The position numbers and the translations under genes are program-made. The notes under the pieces were generated by a model. It ran no database searches, had not been told where the DNA came from, and saw only the letters and a program-made list of their open reading frames with translations. Positions 26,780-37,443 of a stretch of 64,000 nucleotides of DNA are shown one piece after another. Position 1 is the stretch's first letter, and every line of letters starts with the position of its first letter. The stretch covers positions 8,060,001-8,124,000 of the forward strand of contig CATNEN010000038.1 of NCBI GenBank assembly GCA_950097015.1. Reading direction: 5' to 3'. This DNA comes from Macrostomum hystrix (Eukaryota; Animalia; Platyhelminthes).

Positions 26780-29415
26780 TCAGTAGACACTCGGCGGCTT
26801 CTGGAACATTTAAAGGTGGACAGATGAAAAAGATTCACTGGGAAAATCCTCAGTGACAGGTGAATGGGAGATAATCCTCAGTGACAGGTGAATGGGAGAT
26901 AATCCTTAGTGACAGGTGAATTGTAGATAATCCTCAGTGACGGGTGAATGGGAGATAATCCTCAGTGACAGGTGAATGGGAGATAATCCTTAGTGACAGG
27001 TGACTGGGAGATAATCCTCAGTGACAGGTGACTGGGAGATAATCCTCAGTGACAGGTGAATAGGAGATAATCCTCAGTGACAGGTGAATGGGAGATAATC
27101 CTTAGTGACAGGTGACTGGGAGATAATCCTCAGTGACAGGTGACTGGGAGATAATCCTCAGTGACAGGTGAATAGGAGATAATCCTCAGTGACAGGTGAA
27201 TGGGAGATAATCCTCAGTGACAGGTGAATAGGAGATAATCCTCAGTGACAGGTGAATGGGAGATAATCCTCAGTGACAGGTGAATAGGAGATAATCCTCA
27301 GTGACAGGTGAATGGGAGATAATCCTCAGTGACAGGTGAATGGGAGATAATCCTTAGTGACAGGTGACTGGGAGATAATCCTCAGTGACAGGTGAATGGG
27401 AGATAATCCTTAGTGACAGGTGAATCCTCAGATCTTGAGTTCACCTCGAACATGATCTTGCCGTCGGCGCTGTAGAAGCTGATGAAGGTCTCGTGTGAGG
27501 CGCCAGTGTCGGCATGGAAGCAGCGGCACCTGTCGTAGGGCGGGATGTACAGGTGCAGTGAGACCGCAGTCTCGGTCGGATGCTCGTTGAACACGCGGTG
27601 AAGTCCGATTTTGTCTTCAAATAGAAGATGGGCGCGTTTCAAGGTTATAGAAGGCAGAACTAATAAGGCAGGGGCATGGGATAGCCACAGACACCAATTG
27701 AATGGCCACAGACACCAATGGGGTAGCCACAGACACCAATGGGATAGCCACAGACACCAATGGGATAACCACAGAGACCGATGGGATAGCCACAGACACC
27801 AATTGGATAGCCACAGACACCAATTGGATAGCCAGACACCAATTGGATAGCCACAGACACCAATGGGATAGCCAGACACCAATTGGATAGCCACAGACAC
27901 CAATTGGATAGCCACAGACACCAATTGGATAGCCACAGACACCAATGGGATAGCCACAGACACCAATGGGATAGCCACAGAGACCAATTGGATAGACAGA
28001 CACCAATTGTATAGCCACAGACACCAATGGGATAGCCACAGACACCAATGGGATAGCCACAGAAACCAATCGGATAGCCACAGACACCAATGGGATAGCC
28101 ACAGACACCAATGGGATAGCCACAGACATCAATGGGATAGCCACAGACACCAATCGGATAGCCACAGACACCAATGGGATAGCCACAGACAACAATGGGA
28201 TAGCCACAGACACCAATGGGATAGCCACAGAGACCGATGGGATAGCCACAGAAACCAATGGGATAGCCACAGACACCAAACGGATAGCCACAGACACCAA
28301 TGGGATAGCCACAGACATCAATGGGATAGCCACAGACACCAATCGGATAGCCACAGACACCAATGGGATAGCCACAGACACCAATTGGATAGCCACAGAC
28401 ACCAATGGGGTAGCCACAGACAACAATGGGATAGCCACAGACACCAATGGGATAGCCACAGACACCAATGGGATAGCCACAGACACCAATGGGATAACCA
28501 CAGAGACCGATGGGATAGCCACAGACACCAATTGGATAGCCACAGACACCAATTGGATAGCCAGACACCAATTGGATAGCCACAGACACCAATGGGATAG
28601 CCAGACACCAATCGGATAGCCACAGACACCAATGGGATAGCCACAGACACCAATTGGATAGCCACAGACACCAATGGGGTAGCCACAGACAACAATGGGA
28701 TAGCCACAGACACCAATGGGGTAGCCACAGACACCAATGGGATAGCCACAGACACCAATGGGATAACCACAGAGACCGATGGGATAGCCACAGACACCAA
28801 TTGGATAGCCACAGACACCAATTGGATAGCCAGACACCAATTGGATAGCCACAGACACCAATGGGATAGCCAGACACCAATTGGATAGCCACAGACACCA
28901 ATGGGATAGCCACAGACACCAATGGGATAGCCACATACACCAATGGGAAAGCCACAGACACCAATGGGATAGCCACAGACACCAATGGGATAGCCACAGA
29001 CACCAAGGCGCACTGAGCATTGCCTACCGTGCATGTAGGAGCAGGAGTCGAGCGCCAGTTCAGTTCGGCCAATCGGCTGAGGCGCCGCAGTCTCCCGCTC
29101 TGGCCAGGCGAAGCGAGTCTCCGTCAGTTGGCCCTGCAGCACCTTCAGCAGGCAGTGGCTGCCGGCGTGGTCGTGAATCGCCGAGCCGTGACCCGGCAGC
29201 CACACCAGCAGCAGCAGGTTGTACCGCCCGTTGCCAGTGTCCACCAAATTCCTTGTGTACTTCTCTGGGTGCTCAAAGTAGAAGCGCTCCCATTGGCTGC
29301 GTACGGATCTGTAACCAGTCAGGAGGTCCTTCAGCTGCCCGATGTCAACCTCACCCTGACTGAGCTCCAAGTTCAGCTGCTGGACGAGCCGCTGGAAATT
29401 GTCGACGTCTGACAT
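26780..29415 (-). CDS. CDO1: Cysteine dioxygenase type 1, copy B, about 192 aa, 3 exons
   Basis: Exons 29415-29028, 27614-27445, 26800-26780 (KPPSVY*). Exon sizes (388/170/21) and phases are identical to copy A, and catalytic motifs are intact. Confidence 0.9.
26845..27430. repeat. 28-bp minisatellite (AATCCTCAGTGACAGGTGAATGGGAGAT)n in CDO-B intron 2
   Basis: About 21 copies. Confidence 0.95.
27677..29005. repeat. 21-bp minisatellite (about 60 variant copies) in CDO-B intron 1
   Basis: Same unit as CDO-A intron 1, with 19-bp deletion variants. Confidence 0.95.
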
Positions 29416-29889
29416 GGTCGCTGATTGTCTCTGAGCTGCTGCCGCCTAAAAATGCCCAAAGCTGTCAATTTATACAGCCGCTGCGGCTTGTTTTGCCGCC
29501 GGGCAGGTCAGGGATGACCCGCCGGTGAGTGAAAGACAAGAAAATAATAATTTGCTGCGAAAACAGATAAAGATGGAAGTTCCCCGCTGATCAAGCTCAA
29601 ACTGTGTACGCTTCGGGGCCGTCATGTACATGTGCTGGCGAACTTGATTTGTGAGGCCGAGCAGAACCTATAGAAACTCTATAAATAGAAGGTAGAGATA
29701 AGTCAAATATAAGTCAATTTCATAGATTTGACCGACAAATAAGTCAATCTGGTGTGCGAAAATATGCCTATTGCACTTTGAATAGCAGCAATAGGTTAAG
29801 GCACACTGAACAGAAACTCCTGATTCATGTCTATTTTGGTAGATAATAGAAATCTGTTTTCTTTTTAGAGCACCATAGTAAACACAAGC

Positions 29890-29945
29890 AGATTCGAGCT
29901 CAGGGACCTTGGTGCGAGAGTAGACTCGTTACCACTCAGCAAGTC
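29890..29945 (-). mobile_element. SINE family A head fragment
   Basis: TCGAGCTCAGGGACCTTGGTGCGAGAGT matches 16033-16060. Confidence 0.55.
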
Positions 29946-30388
29946 ACGCCCTCCCAAACTATATTTGTAATGTTTCGGTCTAGTTGGGACAGCTGACTTT
30001 TAAATTGGACACAGAGTTTTTTACGGCACCAAGCAGCACAGACTGCTGTCTATGGCACTGCCCAGGGGTGGAACTAAGAACCGAAAGCTCTCCGAACCTA
30101 TGAAAGACTTTCTGCTAGCTGCGGTGGAGGAGAATCCGTTGGTCACAGTTTTACATACTCGTTCTGCTCAGGTTGCCAGTAAAAACTTTTTTACATTTTA
30201 TTCCCAGCGAAAATGGCCTCGACCTCGGCTTAATGAGGCAAAAATGTCTATGGCACAATAAAATTGATACCCACGCTTTGTGGGTGTTAATTGTATATTA
30301 AGCAATTAGAAAGCCCCTATTATGCGTTATTTTTAATATTGTCACCGTTTTAAACCCGCGATTTCCGCGGAAGGAGGAGTTCGGCGCC

Positions 30389-31468
30389 TCACAATGCGCT
30401 GCGCGACTCCAGGATGTCGTAGCGCGGCTCCCGGCGCCAGTGGGACTCTATGAAGGCCAGATGGGCCCAGTCCGGCAGGCGGGTGTACCGCACAGGCCGA
30501 GTGTCGGACATGGCCTCAGTCCAGCCAGAGAGCCGGCCAAGGCTGTCTGGCAGCTGCTGGCCAAAGTGACGCAGCAGCGGCGGCAGGCGCTCCAGCCAGG
30601 GCCACAGCATTAAGTCCGCCAGCTGCGGCCGGCCGAGATTGTGGCCGAGGAAGCCGCCACTGCCGAGGCTGGCCTGCAGGCCGGACAGCTCGGACAGCAG
30701 GCGGCGCCAGTGGGCCTCCCTGTCGGCCGGCGGGTCGTCTTTTTTCAAAGCCCACCTGGCGAAGGGAAAAGATTTTCTGGGAAATCAGAGGACAGCAGCG
30801 GCTCTTAACAGTTGGAAAGAACACGGGGGGTTTAAAATACTCCCGTGAAATATTTTCGTGAAAGTCAACCAAATGGATCGAGATTTTCCGCCCTTTACGG
30901 CGAACTAACTTTCAAAGCCGTACGAGTCAGCATCGTCGAGGGGTATTCAGCGACTCTTGTCGAAGACCCAGGTGACAAGGACAGCTTACCCGTGGTCTTT
31001 CTAGTGTAAATCAAGTTAGCTTTAAATCCCCAGAGTCACCCGGCTAGACCTGTAAAAGGCCGAAATGAAGGTGTCACCGCGACAGACCGCCTGCCGCTGC
31101 AGCGCCCTGGCCACGGCCGCCTCCGCGGTCAGCGCCGGCGGCAGCAGCTGGTCGTCAGGCGACGCGGCTGGAAAAGCGTCCTCCAGGAATTCGCTGGTGA
31201 CCAGAGACTCGGCCAGCAGTGGACCACCGTCGGGCAGCTCCAGCACCGGTACGCGAGCCGACGGCAGCGGCGCCTTGGCCAGGAACCAGTCGGGCTTGCG
31301 CACAAGGTTCAGGTTGATGATTCGGTGAGGCAGCCGTTTGTGCTGCAGCACTAGGCGGGTGCGCTGGGCGTAGGGGCAATAGAGCATTGAGTACAGGGTG
31401 AGCGCGCTGCTTCCAGGCGGAGCTGGCGGCGGCTCAGCGTCGCCCAATTCGAGGTGGCGCGTTTCCAT
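30389..31468 (-). CDS. GSTO1: Glutathione S-transferase omega (copy a), about 261 aa, 2 exons, possible N-terminal extension
   Basis: Exons 31468-31050 and 30755-30389 with a phase-2 intron (FYR|WALKK). Motifs YCPYAQR, KPDWF, VPVL, ESL, DLMLWPWLER, C-terminal YD. Confidence 0.88.
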
Positions 31469-32627
31469 GACAACACAGCTGCTGCTTGTGCGGCTGCTGC
31501 TGCAGATGCTGAACCATTGCGCCAGGTGGCAACGGCGAAGCGTCACCGCGGACTTTGCCAGATGCTGAAATATTTTCAGTGACACTTCAAAAATTCAAGC
31601 GCTGGCAGCCGAGAGTCTCAAAGGGCTGCTCAAGCGTCATCAAATGCCCGACTAAGCGAGAAACAATGAAAACACCCCATCCGAATGCAGCAGGCTGCTA
31701 AAATTAGAAAGCACCTTGTTATGGCAGCATTTGACAATGGCTTTGAGCACTGCTCAAACTTTTCAAGTCAAGTTTAGCGTGGGAGTGGGTTAGGCTATAT
31801 AAAGAAATACATTTTTGTAGATGACGGAGAGAAAAACAGAATTTTTCAGTGTTTGCAGACACATTCTGTTGTGCTTGTGTACGCCTGCTGTTAAATTTCT
31901 CATCTGTCTTTTAATTGCCAAGCGAGAATACCTTTTCAAAAGCTCTGTTGTTGAGCTTCAACACAATGCCCCACCTGAGTGCAGAAAAATGGATCACCTG
32001 AGTTGCTGCTAGCAAATAACTTTTTGGGAAAATTCTTAACTAATAAGGACTCAAAACAAGTGTCAGGCTCTGTCCTTGACAAGGGAGAACTTTTAATCAC
32101 GAAAACATTTCTGAGAATTTTTGATAGTCGGTAATTATGACAAGTGAGCGTCAAACGGAATTAGCGGTGAATGCCTGTCAAAATGACCAATGAATATCGG
32201 TCACCATGGCGATAAAGGTTTGTTGAGTTTCTTAAACTAAGCAAATACTTCGAAGTTGTCTAAACTAGGAAATCGAAAATAAACGAGACAGCCAGAACAC
32301 CACTTTTTCTTTATTGTCTGCTTAAAAATCTTTGAAAAAGAACATTGCTAACAATTGTTCTTTAAAGTCGGTAATAAACAGCTTAGTTAGCCATGAACAG
32401 CTACTACTGCTAGGTAAAGTTTCAAGTAGTAAAGAGAGAAAATAAATGGCTAAACTAGAATAAAAAGAACAGTAATAAATATGTATAATCTAAAAACTAA
32501 AGGATAGGATAAATATTAAAGGTCACAGCTACAAAAAATGTAGGACATCAAATAAAAATCTAATCTTATCACCCCGAAACACAATGAGTCACTCTGATTC
32601 TGGAATCATCACTCCGAGACGGCTTGT

Positions 32628-32714
32628 CAGTAGTCAGTAACCGAACCCCTGTCAGTAACCGAACCCCAGTCAGTAGCCGAACCCCAGTCATTAGCCGAAC
32701 CCCTGTCAGTAGCC
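32628..32714. repeat. Nascent 18-bp tandem repeat overlapping the GSTO-b stop codon
   Basis: Minus-strand unit GGCTACTGACWGGGGTTC, 4-5 copies. The first copy is the Gly-Tyr-stop of the gene. Confidence 0.85.
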
Positions 32715-33835
32715 GTCGTACTTTGGCTGATTGGCCATGAGGCTGCGCAGGAACTCGACGTGCGCCTTGTTGGATTGGCTGGTTTGGGCCACCGCCCGCT
32801 GCTGCTCCATGCGGCTCATCCAGGCCATCAGCGGCTTGAACTGATCGACGGGCAGCTGGAAGCCGGCCAGCTCGCAGCCTGGCTGAAGGCGTTCGAACCA
32901 CGGCCAGATCATGAGGTCGGCCATGCTGACGGTGTCGCTGCCGGCAAAGAATTTGGAAGCGCCGAGGTCGTCCTGCATGGAGGTGACGACCTTCAACAGG
33001 CTGTCCCAGACTGCCTGCGGGAAGTTTTATTCGGTTTGCCTATGGGGGATCGGCGGCAGAGGCGAGGCTGCACATTAATTTGGGGCGCAGCCGCGGAGAG
33101 AAGGCTTGGGGGGCTTGTCGTGCAGATTACGCTCATGAGAGCCAAACTCCAAGGCACAGTGAAATGTACACTGTCTGACGATGAGAAAGTCAGGGCAGAT
33201 GTACACACCTGCGTGAGCGTGTGCCTGCGTACAGTATATGAGTGCGTGTGTGCTCAGGAGTCAGCGGAATGGGTCACCATGTGTCACCAAATGATGTGCC
33301 ATTGCCCGCAGCCCGCCTGCAAATATTATTATTATTAGGTTTGCCGGATGTTCAACCCTAAGCTGCATCAGCTGCTGGCATACTCAGCACTACTCACTTT
33401 CTGCTCATCGCCACTGCTGCCCAGCCACTTGTAGAATGCCGGAATGAAGGTGTCGCCAAACTTGGCTATCAGCTGATCAACTCGCTCTCGCTTCTTTGAA
33501 TCGCCCGGATACAGGGGAGACTCAAGGTGCGTCTCCTCGAGGTACTTGCTGGTGGCCAGCGAATCGTCCATGATCGAGCCGTCGGATTTCATGATGGTGG
33601 GCACCTTGCCACCGGCTGACTTGGCCAGGAACCAGTCCGGCTTGCGGACCAGGTTCACGTTGACAATCTGGTGAGGCAGCTGCTTGTGCTGCAACACCAG
33701 CCGAGTGCGCTGGGCAAACGGACAGAAGCGCATTGAGTACAGGGTGAGCACACCTGGCTTGAGCTTAGGCTCCGGCTCGCCAGCTTCCAGGTGCTTGTTA
33801 GTTTCTAGCAGGACATTGGCTCCTCGACTGCTCAT
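32706..33835 (-). CDS. GSTO1: Glutathione S-transferase omega (copy b), about 248 aa, 2 exons
   Basis: Exons 33835-33398 and 33014-32706 (GTGAGT...CCCGCAG, phase 0). FCPFAQR, GKVP, DSL, DLMIWPWFERL. Confidence 0.92.
33130..33337 (+). mobile_element. SINE family A 3' portion with (ATT)n tail, in GSTO-b intron
   Basis: Homologous to 15853-16005 (reverse complement) and 47278-47345. Confidence 0.72.
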
Positions 33836-33914
33836 GATTTGGTAGCTGCGATTGGCTAGAATTAATTGATTGGCGATTAGACGAGGCGCATGCGGTCATA
33901 TAGGCGGATGTTGG

Positions 33915-34295
33915 TCTGGGGTTTTGAATGGGGTGGCTGCTATGGGGCTGGAGTGGGGGTGGCTGCTAGGGGTTTGGAGTGGGGTGGCTGCAATGGGGCT
34001 GGAGTGGGGGCGGCTGCTAGGGGTTTGGAGTGGGGTGGCTGCTATGGGGCTGAAGTGGGGTGGCTGCTAGGGGTTTGGAGTGGGGTGGCTGCTATGGGGC
34101 TGAAGTGGGGTGGCTGCTAGGGGTTTGGAGTGGGGTGGCTGCAATAGGGCTGGAGTGGGGGCGGCTGCTAGGGGTTTGGAGTGGGGTGGCTGCTATGGGG
34201 CTGAAGTGGGGTGGCTGCTAGGGGGCTGGAGTTTGGTTGCTGCTAGGGGTTTGGAGTGGGGTGGCTGCTAGGGGGCTGAAGTGGGGTGGCTGTAA
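33915..34295. repeat. G-rich about 21/42-bp repeat (GGAGTGGGGTGGCTGCTAGGGG...), G-quadruplex-prone
   Basis: Direct inspection. Confidence 0.88.
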
Positions 34296-34948
34296 AGGAA
34301 TGAAAGGTAATGGGGTGGCTGTTAGGGGACAGAGGGGAATCGGAAGTGCTGTTATTTGTTCCACAATACACATGTGTCCTAAAAATACTACATTTACGTT
34401 GGAGTAGCTGTATGTGTGTATATATATGAAAGGACAAAGTATAGTTTTGAACTTTGTCAAATTTGAGATTTTTAACTGGTAGCAATAGTTAATGTTTATT
34501 TAGAATTAAGTAATAAATAATTTTTGGCAATATTTAAGTTCATTAAAAAATCTCTGCTTAGATCTTAAATTTTAAGTGTTAGTACTTTCTGTCTTAGCAA
34601 AAGACCAGAAATTATTTTGAAAAAGTGCTTCTGAAAATACAAAAACATGTTACAATTTTTTCAACGGAGTGGGACACAGCCTACAACTTAGGATAACTGA
34701 AGTGCATTGGTACCGTTAGGTCAAGACTGGCATCCAATGTAACTGACAGAAATCATAGCTGTCAAAATGAGATGTCACCAGTCAGGCCGATCTCCCCCTG
34801 TCAGGCAGATTTCCCTCCTGTCAGTTAGCCTTATCACCTGTCAGTCAGATTTCCCACCTGTCAGTTAGGCTTCTCACCTGTCAGTCAGATTTCCCACCTG
34901 TCAGTTAGGTTTCTCACCGGCGCCACCGCTACAACATCACCAAAGAGT

Positions 34949-36179
34949 TCAGTAGCCGTCATATTTAGGAGCTTTTGCCCAGTAGGAGTGCATGAAGGTC
35001 ACGTGGTCCTCGTCCTTGATCCGGGTGTCAATCACCGCCCTCTGCTGGCCCATCCGGTCCATCCAGTCAAGCAGAGCCTGGAACCTGTCCCGCGGCAGCT
35101 CGAAGCCCAGCAGCTTTGTTACGGCTGGCAGCCGCTCCAGCCAGGGCCAGATCATGAGGTCGGCCATCTGCACCTGGCTGCAGCCGCCGAAGAAGGCCGA
35201 CTCGCCAAGGTCCGCCTGCAGCTGCGACAGAGCCGTCAGCAGCGACTCCCACTCGGCCTGCGCGAAGAGAAAAATAAAACATCTCAAGCAGATATTGGGT
35301 TTGGCCAGTAGGAAGACGATATGTGTAGAAAAAAATATAACAAGGCTTACTTCTAGCCGCGATTTTTCTGCCAAGTGATTAGTTGTATGGGTTGTATTGG
35401 CCCGTGTAATAAATTCTTATAACTTTTCTGCGCACCCAACTGTAAAATGGGTGCCAGCATAGGGCATGTTTCTTTTAGTACCATTATAGACTGGCAAAGA
35501 ACCTAACTTTCTCACTAGGGGTCCTGAGTTCGAATCTGCCGCAGTGTGACTTTCATTCAGTGGGGAGGTGCAGGGTCAGGGCATTGGCTCCACCTTCGTG
35601 ATTTACAATGCCTGATTGTGAGAGAGTCAGTGCAAAAGTACACAGTTATGTCCGCGACAATTTTCGACTTGCGAAAGTTCAAAATATATGAGGGCCGATA
35701 TGTACTGAAAATCTTGAGTTTCTAACATGCGAACTCACCTGCTGCTCGTCGCCCTTCTTAGTGACCCAGCGGTAGAAGGCGGGTGTGACCGAGTCTCCCA
35801 TCCTGCCGATGGCCAGGCGAATGCGAGCCCGCTGCCTCGCGTCGCTCGGATAGAGCCGAGGCGACTCCGGGTGAGCCTCCTCCAGGTAGTCGCAGGTGAT
35901 AAGAGACTCCACCAGAGTCCAGCCGTCGGCTTCCTGCAGTGCAGGCACCTTGGCATTGGCTGACTTGGCCAGGAACCAGTCCGGCTTGCGGACCAGGTTC
36001 ACGTTGACAATCTGGTGAGGCAGCTGCTTGTGCTGCAACACCAGCCGAGTGCGCTGGGCGTACGGACAGAAGCGCATTGAGTACAATGTGAGCACACCCG
36101 GCTTGAGCTCAGGCTCCGGCTCGCCAGCTTCCAGGTGCTTGCTGGATTCAGCAAGGATGTTCGCAGGACTCTGGCTCAT
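34949..36179 (-). CDS. GSTO1: Glutathione S-transferase omega (copy c), about 249 aa, 2 exons
   Basis: Exons 36179-35739 and 35257-34949 (GTGAGT...GCGCAG). FCPYAQR, KVP, ESL, DLMIWPWLERL. Confidence 0.92.
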
Positions 36180-36477
36180 TGCTGGGCTGCAAGCGGGCGC
36201 GGATGGGTACTGTGAGTAGTATATGAAGAATATGCACAGCAATTGTGGCCAATACAAACAAATGAAGAAATGTAACAAAGCGAAAATATAAAATCCTACG
36301 TGCTAATTATGTGCAAAATAAAAAAGCGCCTGAGAAACAGTTTCATATCAACGTTTTTCATTGTAAAAAGCCAGAATATATTTTGGCACTAGAAAATTCA
36401 GAAATTTAAATCAGCATTTGCACAATGGGTAGACAAGTTTTTTATTACTTACGAAAGTTACGAAACATAAACACAAC

Positions 36478-37198
36478 ATGGTGTACTAGAATCAGACACG
36501 GATGTACTAGAATCAGACACGGGTGTACTAGAATCAGACACGAGTGTACTAGAATCAGACACAAGTGTACTAGAATCAGACACGGGTGTACTAGAATCAG
36601 ACACAGGTGTACTAGAATCAGACTCAGGTGTACTAGAATCAGACACAAGTGTACTAGAATCAGACACAGGTGTACTAGAAACAGACACGAGTGTAGTAGA
36701 ATCAGACACAAGTGTACTAGAATCAGACACAGGTGTACTAGAAACAGACACAGGTGTACTAGAAACAGACACAGGTGTACTAGAATCAGACACAGGTGTA
36801 CTAGAAACAGACACAGGTGTACTAGAAACAGACACGGGTGTACTAGAATCAGACACAGGTGTACTAGAATCAGACACAGGTGTACTAGAATCAGACACAG
36901 GTGTACTAGAATCAGACACAAGTGTACTAGAATCAGACACAGGTGTACTAGAATCAGACACAAGTGTACTAGAATCAGACACAAGTGTACTAGAATCAGA
37001 AACAGGTGTACTAGAATCAGACACAGGTGTACTAGAATCAGACACAGGTGTACTAGAATCAGACACAAGTATACTAGAATCAGACACAAGTGTACTAGAA
37101 TCAGACACAAGTGTACTAGAATCAGACACGGGTGTACTAGAATCAGACACGGGTGTACTAGAATCAGACACAGGTGTACTAGAATCAGACACAGGTGT
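36478..37198. repeat. 21-bp minisatellite (GTGTACTAGAATCAGACACAG)n
   Basis: About 34 copies. Confidence 0.95.
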
Positions 37199-37443
37199 AA
37201 AAATGTGAAAAGGGGGTACTAAAAGAGAACCATGCAATATACTCGTAAATATTGCTCAAATTTATGAATAAAAATGAAATATTCATAAACTGTAAGACAT
37301 ACAATTTACTATATATCTACTAGTTAAAAATCGTCATAACGGATGTGAGCCGCTGAGCTTACAGACGGGAACAGTTATAAAAAAGTTCTAGCTAAAAATC
37401 ACCGAACAATCTCAGTGCAGGAGGACCAACTTGGCAACCGAGT

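Noticed and set aside
20439-29072. Repeat-peptide ORFs overlapping the CDO genes, including apparent CDO-repeat fusions
   Set aside because: These are read-through into introns. Canonical splice sites restore complete CDO proteins.
36425-37237. CTRIRHR / VSDSSTP repeat proteins (likewise 48072-49143 and 55948-57019)
   Set aside because: Units of 21, 18 and 30 bp are open on both strands, with no coding-specific signal.
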